64,000 bases of DNA, taken from the IMG/VR virus record IMGVR_UViG_3300044796_000401. One strand, written 5' to 3'. Numbering within the stretch: the first letter of the stretch is position 1; every line of letters starts with the position of its first letter. The notes beneath the pieces were generated by a model. That model was not told where the DNA came from and did no database searches. It saw only the letters and a program-made list of their open reading frames with translations. Source of the DNA: a virus. Taxonomy: Duplodnaviria > Caudoviricetes. The position numbers and the translations under genes were made by a program. Of the stretch, positions 1 to 8,587 are shown piece after piece.

Positions 1-1503
1 TCTGACCTTCTCAACCAGATCATGGTTAAAATCAAGTCTGACAAGGAAGAGGACATCACCGTGGTGCTGGACATCGTTCACACCGAGAAAGCGGCCTACT
101 TGGTCAACGACCCCAAGGCAGCGGAGGAATGGAACGCCGCTCTTCTCGCTTGCGCCAAGCCCGAAGGGGCGGAAAAAGTATGCTCCCTGAGCGGGGTTTC
201 GGCGGCAACGAGTTCCGACCCCATCGGTCCGGTCAACCTCCCGGCGCTCGGCAAGACATCCCTTTATTCGCGGTTCGGCGAGGTCCCCTGCCTTGAGCGC
301 TACGGTCGATCCGACCGGGATGGGTTCTTGGTTTCCGACGCTAGCATCGCGGAAGCTCGGGACGCCATCCAGTTTCTTGCTACGGGGGACGAACGCAAGA
401 ATCGGACGTATGCCGCGATCGGCAAAGATTCGCTGCTGATCGCCTATCTCGACGAGCGCCCCGAACTGGTTGCGGATTATGTTTCCCCGTTCCGGGACAT
501 CGACGAAGCCGACATCAGCCAGTACGAAGAGCGCTGCTCCAAACTGTTCCAGATGCTCCACGCAAAGAAGGTCAGCGGCCTCGACCATTTGAGCGTCTTG
601 GTGATCGAGAAGGTGAACAAAGGAACCAAGCGGGTCGTTTTGGACGAGCACCTCACGGTCGATGCCATCCGCAAGGCAGTTCAAGACTGGCGCGACGGCT
701 TGACCAATTGCCCGACCGTCGAAACTTTTATTCCGCAGAAAAAGGGAGAGCCCGCCAAGTGTGTCAAGAACGAGCCGTTTTCCCCGACCTGGTTCAGCCG
801 CAGCTTCGGCAAGCCGTGGATTCGGGGCGGGGACGAGAACACCAAGATTCGCGGGCTGTCGATCCCCGAAGCCTATTCGCTTTTCCTGCATGGCGGAACG
901 CGGGCGGCGGAGCAAGCGCACACCCTGCTCCAGCGGTATGTCGGCTTGGTCAAGTCCCTCCTGTACGGTTTCGGGAAGGGTGAACAGGGCTTCAAGGTAA
1001 TGGCTCGGCAGGAAGCGCTTCGGCAGGAAGCGCTTCGGCAAGAGGCGCTTGTTGCGGTGTCGATTTTGGGGTTGTTGCTCTACAAACAGGGACGGTTGAA
1101 GGAGGAATACATGCGGGACATTTATTTTGCGATTGGGCAGGGCTGCAAGGCAGCCGACGGCTTGCACAAGCGGTATTGCGCAGGAGTTCGGGACGGCGAC
1201 GTGCCGTCGCAACTGCTGGGCAACTCCTCGCTGACGGCCATCATCAGGAACCCGGCCAAGGGCCTGAAGATGCTGCTCGGCGACAGCCGCCTGCGGGTCT
1301 ATATGGGCTGGGTGGAGCAGAACGGCGACGGCCTCGGCATCGGGTTCAAGCGCCAGCTTGAAGCCGTAGCCGAAGCGATTTCCGGGCAGGACCTGCCGAA
1401 GCGCTTGACCCCCGAGCAGGAAGCGGAATTGATGCTGGGCTGGCTTGCCCCCCTTCCGAAGCTGGCGAACAGCGGCTCGGACAAGACAGTTGCACAGCAG
1501 TAG
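1..1503 (+). CDS. cas8c: Cas8c (Csd1)-like large subunit of type I-C Cascade; 5' end probably upstream of the window
   Basis: Frame is open from base 1 (SDLLNQIMVK...). C-terminal YFAIGQGCKAADGLHKRYC...VPSQLLGN resembles the Cas8c/Cas11c region. Lies directly upstream of cas7 and a CRISPR array. Confidence 0.75.
   Translation, partial: SDLLNQIMVKIKSDKEEDITVVLDIVHTEKAAYLVNDPKAAEEWNAALLACAKPEGAEKVCSLSGVSAATSSDPIGPVNLPALGKTSLYSRFGEVPCLERYGRSDRDGFLVSDASIAEARDAIQFLATGDERKNRTYAAIGKDSLLIAYLDERPELVADYVSPFRDIDEADISQYEERCSKLFQMLHAKKVSGLDHLSVLVIEKVNKGTKRVVLDEHLTVDAIRKAVQDWRDGLTNCPTVETFIPQKKGEPAKCVKNEPFSPTWFSRSFGKPWIRGGDENTKIRGLSIPEAYSLFLHGGTRAAEQAHTLLQRYVGLVKSLLYGFGKGEQGFKVMARQEALRQEALRQEALVAVSILGLLLYKQGRLKEEYMRDIYFAIGQGCKAADGLHKRYCAGVRDGDVPSQLLGNSSLTAIIRNPAKGLKMLLGDSRLRVYMGWVEQNGDGLGIGFKRQLEAVAEAISGQDLPKRLTPEQEAELMLGWLAPLPKLANSGSDKTVAQQ
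1006..1050 (+). repeat. 15-bp tandem repeat x3 inside cas8c (RQEAL x3)
   Basis: CGGCAGGAAGCGCTT twice, then CGGCAAGAGGCGCTT; in frame. Confidence 0.9.
1111..1503 (+). CDS. cas11: Putative internally translated Cas11c small subunit (130 aa)
   Basis: GGAGG at 1101-1105 and an in-frame ATG at 1111. Internal Cas11 translation from cas8c is established for type I-C. Confidence 0.55.
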   Translation: MRDIYFAIGQGCKAADGLHKRYCAGVRDGDVPSQLLGNSSLTAIIRNPAKGLKMLLGDSRLRVYMGWVEQNGDGLGIGFKRQLEAVAEAISGQDLPKRLTPEQEAELMLGWLAPLPKLANSGSDKTVAQQ

Positions 1504-1507
1504 CGGT

Positions 1508-1565
1508 GTCGCCCGGTGCAATATGGCAAGTGGAAACACTTCCGGCTTCGGGCGTGAATTGAAGA
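1508..1565 (+). other. Repeat-like hairpin between cas8c and cas7
   Basis: GTCGCCCG...CGGGCG stem (1510-1515/1549-1554) followed by TGAATTGAAG, matching the 3' handle of the array repeat. Inner hairpin AAGTG-GAAA-CACTT. Confidence 0.55.
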
Positions 1566-1614
1566 AGGAAGCAAATTTGGGTGGCGACCTACCGCCGATA
1601 CATGAAAGGCTTTT

Positions 1615-2520
1615 GTGAAGAACGCGAAGGAACTGAAAGAACTGAACCGCGCAACCCTGCTGCTCGTGGTTGAGGCGGTGAACTCCGGGATCAACCAAGA
1701 CCCGGACAACGAGAGCGACCCGCGCACCCAGCCGGATGGGCGCGGGCTGTGCACTCCCGTGTCATTCAAGGCGAAGCTCCGCACGCTGGTGGCCGACAAG
1801 GAATTCAACCTCTGGAAGGAACTGTCCAAGAACCTTTCGTTGGCGGACAAGGAATTCGACGTGCTTGAGCGCCGGGACACGGTGCTGAAAGAAATCTTCG
1901 ATATGACGCCGGAAGCGTTCAAGAGCAAGTATTGGGATGCCCGGTTGTTCGGCAACACCGCGCTTGAAGGCAAGGACTCGGGCGGTGAGAAGGCGGAAAA
2001 GGACCGCTTCGTCCGCACCGGGGTCGTGCAGTTCGGGCTGGGCGTCAGCGTTTGCCCGGTGGACATCATCCGCCTGACGACCACTGGCCAGCGCGCCGTG
2101 CAGGCGGGCAAGAGCCGCGCCATGGCTGCGCTGGGATACAGGGTCGTCAAGCACGGGCTGTACGTGATGCCGGGGTATGTCAACCCCGCCGTAGCCTCGA
2201 AGAGCGGCTGCACCGCGACCGACGTGGAACTCATGAAGCGCGTCATTCCCTACGCCTATTCGCACACTACCTCCTATGTCCGCAGCGAAATCAACATCCT
2301 GCACGCATGGTACGTGGAGCACAAGTCGCCCCTCGGGTCGTGCCCCGACTGGAAGATCATCGAGGCCCTCACCCCGAAGCGGATCGGCGACCCGGAGACG
2401 CCGAGCCAGTCCCGCAAGGACTACGAAATCCCTTCCGCGCTGCCGGAAGAACTCCGCAAGCAGGTCAAGTCGGCCGTGGACCTGATGGAGTACATGGCAC
2501 AAGCGACCGACGCGAAGTAA
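1615..2520 (+). CDS. cas7: Cas7 (Csd2) backbone subunit, type I-C
   Basis: NQDPDNESDPRT, TPVSFKAKLR, YWDARLFG, GVVQFGLGVSV, HGLYVMPGYVNP..A.KSG motifs of Csd2/Cas7c. GTG start. Confidence 0.9.
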   Translation: MKNAKELKELNRATLLLVVEAVNSGINQDPDNESDPRTQPDGRGLCTPVSFKAKLRTLVADKEFNLWKELSKNLSLADKEFDVLERRDTVLKEIFDMTPEAFKSKYWDARLFGNTALEGKDSGGEKAEKDRFVRTGVVQFGLGVSVCPVDIIRLTTTGQRAVQAGKSRAMAALGYRVVKHGLYVMPGYVNPAVASKSGCTATDVELMKRVIPYAYSHTTSYVRSEINILHAWYVEHKSPLGSCPDWKIIEALTPKRIGDPETPSQSRKDYEIPSALPEELRKQVKSAVDLMEYMAQATDAK

Positions 2521-2576
2521 GGATGCTCGCAAACGGCGGGGCAGCACGTTTATTTGCATAGACTTGCTGCCCTGGA

Positions 2577-3308
2577 CTTGTCAGGTACTTGAAACTATCT
2601 GTGAATTGAAACATGCAGACAAGGGGCTTGGAAGCCGCGTGGAATATCTTGTCAGGTACTTGAAACTATCTGTGAATTGAAACCAAGTCACTTGCACGGG
2701 CTGCACAAACGGTTCCACCTTGTCAGGTACTTGAAACTATCTGTGAATTGAAACGTGAAAAACCTGCGCTCCCAGCTTCCGATTCCCGCTTGTCAGGTAC
2801 TTGAAACTATCTGTGAATTGAAACCAAGACACAAGGCACAGTGACCGTTCAGTCTTGCTCTTGTCAGGTACTTGAAACTATCTGTGAATTGAAACTGAGC
2901 CCCCATCGGGCGGCGTACCACGGGAAGGCCTTGTCAGGTACTTGAAACTATCTGTGAATTGAAACACGTTCTGCGCCACGTAGGATGCGGCCTTGTCGGC
3001 CTTGTCAGGTACTTGAAACTATCTGTGAATTGAAACATTTCCGTTCCGGGAATTTGCGACATCATGCCTGGCCTTGTCAGGTACTTGAAACTATCTGTGA
3101 ATTGAAACATTACCCGCAATGGGGCGGTGACCCCCGCATCGACTTGTCAGGTGCTTAAGACACCTGTGAATTGAAACATGTTATGCTGGTCTTACAACAG
3201 TTAGCCGCACTGCAAGGTGCGTGAATTGAAACAATCCCGAGGCGAATGGCAGGAAGCGGATCAAAGCGTAATGTTTGTCAGGTGCTTAAAACACCTGTGA
3301 ATTTTAGG
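2577..3308 (+). CRISPR. CRISPR array, 11 repeats / 10 spacers
   Basis: Eight identical 36-bp repeats CTTGTCAGGTACTTGAAACTATCTGTGAATTGAAAC start at 2577, 2648, 2719, 2789, 2860, 2930, 3001 and 3073, with 34-36 nt spacers. Variant repeats at 3143-3177, 3210-3232 (internal deletion) and 3274-3308. Confidence 0.97.
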
Positions 3309-3392
3309 AGTAGAAATCCTCTGGAAGTTGCAGAGGAACGATTTTATATTTGAATATTCGTAGAAAATTCTAAAGCTTGAGAGTGGGGTTTT

Positions 3393-3878
3393 ATGCCTTT
3401 TACTTCTCGTCATCTTGGCGAATTTTCTTATTGCCCCCGGCTCTTTTTTCTCGAAGAAATCGAAGGCTTCGATGCGGAGTCCTCCGACACCGAAACAGGG
3501 CATTATGTCCACCAACCCCATGAAGCCAAGGTTCGCGCTCGCCACAACGGTGGCTGTAATCAACCCCATGAAGTAAGAGTTAGATGCGGTCTTCAAAAGG
3601 CCGCAAACGGGCTTCTCGATAGAATACGTGCCTTGCCGCAAACCAAAGAGGCACAACGAAGGATGGGTCTCATCTATGGTCGCAAAAACGTCGAGAGCGG
3701 ACAGATCGCAAGTTTGAGAACACCCGAGCACCAAGCAAAAGCTGGTCGCATCGGCGGTTTTATCAGCCGCCACAACTGCTGGCATGTCAGGGGATTTTCT
3801 CGAATCGGCAAGTGGTATCCACCAAAGCCAAACCCCAAATGCCGCCTCTGTGCAGAATCCGCCAGTAAAAGTCTGTAA
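3393..3878 (+). pseudogene. cas4: Chimera: Cas4 N-terminal fragment fused to a mobile-endonuclease C-terminal tail
   Basis: HLGEFSYCPRLFFLEEIEGFDAESSDTETGHYVH is a Cas4-type N-terminus, but no nuclease core follows. The C-terminus matches tails of ORFs 30648 and 39860. Confidence 0.6.
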
Positions 3879-3894
3879 ATCAACAGTTTGGGAG

Positions 3895-3923
3895 TAGCCA
3901 AAACCCCTCGACCCCTGTATACT
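3895..3923 (+). promoter_or_regulatory. Phage promoter motif TAGCCA-17-TATACT, ATG 6 nt downstream
   Basis: TAGCCAAAACCCCTCGACCCCTGTATACT; the motif recurs about 10 times in intergenic positions. Confidence 0.7.
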
Positions 3924-3929
3924 GTAGGC

Positions 3930-4754
3930 ATGGGACGAAAACCATACATTCCGAAATCCGATCAGGACATCCGCGTCGTCAGGCTGTACAACGACGAGGT
4001 CACGATCACGTACAAAAACGGCCGTCACACCTACTCCGTTGAGGACCCGGCGAACGGCGTCAACGGTCTCGTCCTCAGCGTGACCCAAGTCCTGAACGTG
4101 CTAGACAAACCGGCCCTGGTATCGTGGGCTGTTAATTGCGGGGCGGACTATATCCGCTCCCGCTTCAAGGCGGGCGAGGAACTGTGGCTCACGCAGGAAG
4201 AGATCGACAGGATCGCCGATGGTGTCAAGTCGGCGCACCGCAAGGTCAGCAAGGCGGCTCGCGACATCGGCTCCGAGGCCCACGACTGGATCGCTTCCTG
4301 CATAGCCGCGCAGGCGGAGGGCGGGGATGCCCCCGTGCTTCCCGAGAATCCCGCCGTAAAAAATTGCTGCGTCGCCGCCAAGAACTGGCTCGCCGAAGTC
4401 GGGCTGCGCCCCATCGCAATAGAGGAAATCGTCTACAGCCGCAAGCACAAGTACCTCGGCTGCATGGACGCGGCGGGCGGGCTGGTGGAAATCCGCGGGC
4501 GGAAAGCCGTGATCGATTGGAAATCCTCCAAGGGGTTGTACAATGAGTACCGTTTCCAGCTAGCCGCCTATCGCAACGCGTACGAGGAAATGACCGGGCT
4601 GAGCGGATTCGACCGTTATGTCGTCAGGCTGGGCAAGAACGACGGGTCGTTCGAGCCGTTCTTGCTGCCGGACGAAGATTACGAAGGCGACTTGGCTGCG
4701 TTCCTCGGCTTGATCCCCGTGGCGCGGCGATTGAAGGAGTTGGGGTCGCGATGA
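3930..4754 (+). CDS. Phage PD-(D/E)XK exonuclease (Cas4-like superfamily)
   Basis: SVTQVL..LDKPALVSW, G...H, VIDWKSSK, YRFQLAAY motifs. Confidence 0.75.
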   Translation: MGRKPYIPKSDQDIRVVRLYNDEVTITYKNGRHTYSVEDPANGVNGLVLSVTQVLNVLDKPALVSWAVNCGADYIRSRFKAGEELWLTQEEIDRIADGVKSAHRKVSKAARDIGSEAHDWIASCIAAQAEGGDAPVLPENPAVKNCCVAAKNWLAEVGLRPIAIEEIVYSRKHKYLGCMDAAGGLVEIRGRKAVIDWKSSKGLYNEYRFQLAAYRNAYEEMTGLSGFDRYVVRLGKNDGSFEPFLLPDEDYEGDLAAFLGLIPVARRLKELGSR

Positions 4755-5617
4755 ACAAGGACAAGCAGAAGCGAAATCAGAATCGCCCGCAAAAACCGGG
4801 AGCACCATTCCAACCAATACTCGGGGGGGAAACATTCGGCGCTCTAACAGCCACAGGTCACAGCAAGCCCGGCGACAGGTCGGCAATTCCCCGCATTTAT
4901 CCCCAAGATGAAGTTGAGTGCGAGTGCGGCTGGGTAGGATGGATACACCACTCCCGTTTAATGGGCAAGAAGCCCCAGCAATCTTGCAGCAACACTTGCC
5001 TATTTAATTCACGCAAGAAGCCGCCCGTGAAAGGCGAGAAGTTTCATCATTTGACGGCGACGGGCAAGTGGAAAATGGAGACTACACCTAGTGGCTTCCG
5101 CTATATCGCTGCGGAGTTTGTCTGTGACTGCGGCAGACCCCCCTGCTGGAAGTCCTTCAACAATGTAAAGTTTGGTCAAGCCACGTCTTGCGACAAACGG
5201 TGCTCCTGCAACGGACTTCGCATTGGTGACCTTGCAGAGCAAAGAGACGCCTATCGTAACTACAAACGTGCCTGCCTTGTTCGAAACTTTGTCCCCCTTA
5301 CTTTTGAGGATTGGCTGTCTGTAGCAAAGCTGTCCTGCATTTACTGTGGCGCATTGCCAACACTCTACAAGGTAAACATGGGATTCAAAGGATTCGACCG
5401 GAAGCCATTTTTTCGTAATGGCATCGACCACTTTGACCCAAAGATAAAAGCCCCTGTGGGAAACTCCCTCCCGTGCTGCCTCCCCTGTAACCACGAAAAG
5501 AATGTGATGACCCCGCAAGAGTGGAAAGATCGCCTCATCCAGACCCGCGGGAAGACGAAGGCGACTAAGATTTGGCGGCGGGTGAAGGCTTTCCTGCGGA
5601 AGCAGAAGGAACAGTAG
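4751..5617 (+). CDS. HNH homing endonuclease with two N-terminal Cys-rich repeats
   Basis: GETFGALT/GEKFHHLT..CDCG repeats; CIYCG..NGIDHFDP..CCLPCNHEK. Confidence 0.7.
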   Translation: MNKDKQKRNQNRPQKPGAPFQPILGGETFGALTATGHSKPGDRSAIPRIYPQDEVECECGWVGWIHHSRLMGKKPQQSCSNTCLFNSRKKPPVKGEKFHHLTATGKWKMETTPSGFRYIAAEFVCDCGRPPCWKSFNNVKFGQATSCDKRCSCNGLRIGDLAEQRDAYRNYKRACLVRNFVPLTFEDWLSVAKLSCIYCGALPTLYKVNMGFKGFDRKPFFRNGIDHFDPKIKAPVGNSLPCCLPCNHEKNVMTPQEWKDRLIQTRGKTKATKIWRRVKAFLRKQKEQ

Positions 5618-5644
5618 CTATTTCGCTTCTGGATGTGGTACACT
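5615..5644 (+). promoter_or_regulatory. Promoter TAGCTA-18-TACACT
   Basis: Variant of the recurring motif, upstream of ORF 5660. Confidence 0.55.
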
Positions 5645-5659
5645 AGGAGTGGAGGAGTT

Positions 5660-5854
5660 ATGAGCATCAAAAGAGTTGTAGCCGTTCTGATTTTCATTCT
5701 TGTTTTAGCGGCGGGGGCTTGGGCTGGTTGGCCGTGTCCGATGCACCCGGCCTCACAGTGCAATACAGATGGTCAAGTTAAGTATCTCAACGGGCAACGG
5801 TGGGAACACTATCGCTGTGCCCCTTGTGGCGATTCTGGATGGAAACAAAACTGA
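5660..5854 (+). CDS. Small secreted Cys-rich protein (CPMHP motif)
   Basis: GGAGG RBS, hydrophobic signal peptide ending AWA, four Cys. Confidence 0.6.
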   Translation: MSIKRVVAVLIFILVLAAGAWAGWPCPMHPASQCNTDGQVKYLNGQRWEHYRCAPCGDSGWKQN

Positions 5855-5879
5855 AGAGGATCGACCTTTGGGGGGCTCT

Positions 5880-6599
5880 ATGAAACTCGCAATCGCAATG
5901 ATCCTTGGATTGATACTTTGTGCATCGGCTGCGGGACAAACAACCCCGTCGTTGGCGGATACGGCGGCATTTCTCAACACTATGGGTGTCCCCGATGGAC
6001 ATTTTGTAACCGTTGACGCCTGTACTATGAGAGTTGGACAAGTTGATGCTGACGGGTTTCCCCTTGATGGCGGTGGAATGCTGCATTTGTCAGGCAACCG
6101 TGCCCAGCTTGCTGAGTTTGATCCGGTAAAAGGCTACTTGTGGTATGCTTGGAATCCAGAACCTCTTGCGGCAGAATTCAAACTGTCAGATATTGACACC
6201 ACCCACATCGGTTCTTTCGGGGTGGTTACGGTGGACATTTTTTTGGACAAGAAACTCCCTGAACTCCCTAAAGAACCTTCGCTTGATGAAGACCCCAACT
6301 TATTCGCTACACACATCAAGGAGTACCGCGCTGCACTCAAGGTATACCATGAAGCGCACCACCAATTTAACTCTTGGGCCGTAGTAATTGACACTAAGGA
6401 TCGCGTGAAAGCCATAAAAGAAACATACGTTGACGATCACAACCCCAACCCCCAAACTCCTCAGTATTGTAACTCCAGCGGAACGCATTTCTTCTTTTCC
6501 TCCAAAGACAGGGCGGAGAGATTTGTCACAGGATTGAAGCACGCCGCCGAACTTTGCGGGGGAGGACCGAGCCTTTTCCCGCCTACCCCTGCGAAATAG
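5880..6599 (+). CDS. Secreted hypothetical protein
   Basis: Signal peptide MKLAIAMILGLILCASAAG. Confidence 0.6.
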   Translation: MKLAIAMILGLILCASAAGQTTPSLADTAAFLNTMGVPDGHFVTVDACTMRVGQVDADGFPLDGGGMLHLSGNRAQLAEFDPVKGYLWYAWNPEPLAAEFKLSDIDTTHIGSFGVVTVDIFLDKKLPELPKEPSLDEDPNLFATHIKEYRAALKVYHEAHHQFNSWAVVIDTKDRVKAIKETYVDDHNPNPQTPQYCNSSGTHFFFSSKDRAERFVTGLKHAAELCGGGPSLFPPTPAK

Positions 6600-6628
6600 T
6601 TGCCGACGCCCCCGGCGTATGCTATACT
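6600..6628 (+). promoter_or_regulatory. Sigma70-like promoter TTGCCG-17-TATACT with TG extension
   Basis: Directly read; upstream of ORF 6646. Confidence 0.6.
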
Positions 6629-6645
6629 GCTCTGGGAGAAGCAAA

Positions 6646-7299
6646 ATGGAAAAATCGGAGAAAAAAGCCCTTAGATACCTCAGGTTGATGTATCCGCAGT
6701 ATGAGTGGGCCAAGACCGCGGGGGGCGGATTTTTGGATTTTATGGGTTCACCTCCATCCGGCTCCACGTCTCCGACACAGCACGTTGAAAGCAAGTGCGG
6801 CTTGGACAAACTCCGCGATACTCAGATAAAGTGGGCTGCGGGCGACTTTGCTATGCGGGGACGCAGGTGCGTGGCTTACAGTCCCGACGAGAATTCCGGT
6901 CCGGTTTTTCTGTACCCATGGGATGACTATGTTCAAATGGAAAAAGACGGCACCCTTCCCCGTCCCCCAAAGAAAGCCAAGACTGAGCGGACTGTCCCCG
7001 AAAATAAAGAACAACCCGAACCCGCTAGCGAACCCCCCGCATCGGGCAACTACACCGCGGTGTGGACGGCCGAACTGGAGAAGATCGCCAAGGACAATCC
7101 GGGAAGTCTGAAGCGTCTGGTGGGAAAGCCGGGCTTCGGCTTTTTGCATCCAACGCTTGAAGACCTGAAAGAAAAACGGACAACGACATGGAAAAGGCAC
7201 GTTGTCGTGGATGGCGTTTATATCACTACAAACTTGAGCACCGCCGACAAGAAGAGGTACCTCAAGAAGATCGAGGAAGAGATAGCCCGCCCGCGCTGA
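6646..7299 (+). CDS. VRR-NUC-like PD-(D/E)XK nuclease with C-terminal extension
   Basis: GFLDF...VESKCGLDKLRDTQIKW resembles the VRR-NUC D..EVK...L...Q..W pattern. Confidence 0.45.
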   Translation: MEKSEKKALRYLRLMYPQYEWAKTAGGGFLDFMGSPPSGSTSPTQHVESKCGLDKLRDTQIKWAAGDFAMRGRRCVAYSPDENSGPVFLYPWDDYVQMEKDGTLPRPPKKAKTERTVPENKEQPEPASEPPASGNYTAVWTAELEKIAKDNPGSLKRLVGKPGFGFLHPTLEDLKEKRTTTWKRHVVVDGVYITTNLSTADKKRYLKKIEEEIARPR

Positions 7300-7312
7300 T
7301 TTGTGTTATACT
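7283..7312 (+). promoter_or_regulatory. Promoter TAGCCC-18-TATACT
   Basis: Recurring motif, upstream of ORF 7333. Confidence 0.5.
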
Positions 7313-7332
7313 TCTTCCAGAGGAGCCCCACA

Positions 7333-7653
7333 ATGTCTTCTTTCTCTAAGCGGTTTCCCGACCTCCGACCCGGCGAGTACGAAGAGATCGGCGTCCCCGT
7401 TGGCATCCTGAGTCAATTGCCCAAGGGGATTTCCGTCCGCGTGTTCGCGACGCCCTCGCGCACCCACGCCAGCGAGGGATATTTTATCCAAGCCACAAAA
7501 AACGCCAAGGCGGGCTGGTCGAACAGGACGGCCACGATCCAATGCTCCTGTCCCGGCTCCATGCTGAGGTGCGCCCTTGTCCTTCTGGGGCTCGTCAAGA
7601 CCCCGTGCAGTCATGCGCGGGCATTGCGCATGGCGCTCAAGCGGGGATTGTAG
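7333..7653 (+). CDS. SWIM-type zinc finger protein
   Basis: CSCP...PCSH motif; AGGAG RBS. Confidence 0.55.
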   Translation: MSSFSKRFPDLRPGEYEEIGVPVGILSQLPKGISVRVFATPSRTHASEGYFIQATKNAKAGWSNRTATIQCSCPGSMLRCALVLLGLVKTPCSHARALRMALKRGL

Positions 7654-7682
7654 TAGCCGAAATCCCCCGGCCCCTGTATACT
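7654..7682 (+). promoter_or_regulatory. Promoter TAGCCG-17-TATACT; probably drives the operon ending in the pentamer array
   Basis: TAGCCGAAATCCCCCGGCCCCTGTATACT. Confidence 0.7.
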
Positions 7683-7741
7683 AGGGCAGTTAGTGCGACT
7701 GGCAACCCCACCGCACCGCAGAAGATTGGCAGGGGTAAATT

Positions 7742-8587
7742 ATGAAAAATACTTTGGTTCTGAACGATTGGCATGTGGGTAGCCCATTTGGGTTGCAACA
7801 CCCGAACTATGTGAACGTGGACGGCCAGCACATCGACCTGAGCCACGATTCTAAACAAGACTATCTCTATGACAACTTTGAAGACAAGCTGGAAAGCATC
7901 CGGCGCGACCACGAAATCCACTACATCCAATACATGGGCGATATTATCGACGGTCTTCCGGCGAAAGGCGATTTCACGGAATCCGCACTTCCGCGGATAG
8001 AAGATCAAATTCGCTGTGCACGGATGCTGCTTGAAGAGGTCCGCACCCGGTTCCCGAAAGCGATCTGGAATCCGTTTGTTTTTGGCACGAAGAACCACGA
8101 GAAACCCGAGGATACTCGCCGCCTCGCCATGGATTTCATCCGCACCAAATGCCGCATGACTTACAACATGCGGGTAGTTGAAGACGGGGCTGACGATGTT
8201 TTGGTCCGGTTCCACCACGAGGTCGGTTTCAGCGGCGCTGTGGCCGGACGTTCGGGTTCCATGGAACGGGAGATCGTCCAAGGCATGCTCGCCTACGCAG
8301 AAGGCTCCACGGAACGCTTCGATGCCGAGGTGCGGGGCCACGTCCACTACCACGCCCGCGTCTTGCAGCGGAACATTTGGCTGGTGACCGCTCCGAGTTT
8401 TCAAATCCAAAATCTCTACGGCACGAAACCCACGCCCAACCGTTTCCCGTCTCTGGGTTTCTTGGTTGTACATACGGACGGGCGGATGCGGCGGCACGGT
8501 CAAAATCCGGTGGATTTCACCGCCTACACCTTTAATCACCCCAAGACCAAGGCGACCACGCCGGAGGAAGAGAATGGCATTTCCTAA
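7742..8587 (+). CDS. Calcineurin-like metallophosphoesterase
   Basis: DWH, GDIIDG, GTKNHE, GHVH motifs. Confidence 0.8.
   Translation: MKNTLVLNDWHVGSPFGLQHPNYVNVDGQHIDLSHDSKQDYLYDNFEDKLESIRRDHEIHYIQYMGDIIDGLPAKGDFTESALPRIEDQIRCARMLLEEVRTRFPKAIWNPFVFGTKNHEKPEDTRRLAMDFIRTKCRMTYNMRVVEDGADDVLVRFHHEVGFSGAVAGRSGSMEREIVQGMLAYAEGSTERFDAEVRGHVHYHARVLQRNIWLVTAPSFQIQNLYGTKPTPNRFPSLGFLVVHTDGRMRRHGQNPVDFTAYTFNHPKTKATTPEEENGIS

Noticed and set aside
2620-2629. Spacer 1 shares CAAGGGGCTT with the pentamer-array hairpin
   Set aside because: Only 10 nt with mismatching flanks; expected by chance.
2934-3119. Minus-strand ORF within the CRISPR array
   Set aside because: It is simply translated repeats.
3248-3258. 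Spacer 10 shares GGCAGGAAGCG with the cas8c tandem repeat
   Set aside because: An 11-nt match not at the seed end; insufficient for self-targeting.
3930-4754. Bona fide Cas4 of the CRISPR locus
   Set aside because: Lacks the four-Cys Fe-S pattern, has its own phage promoter and resembles phage exonucleases.
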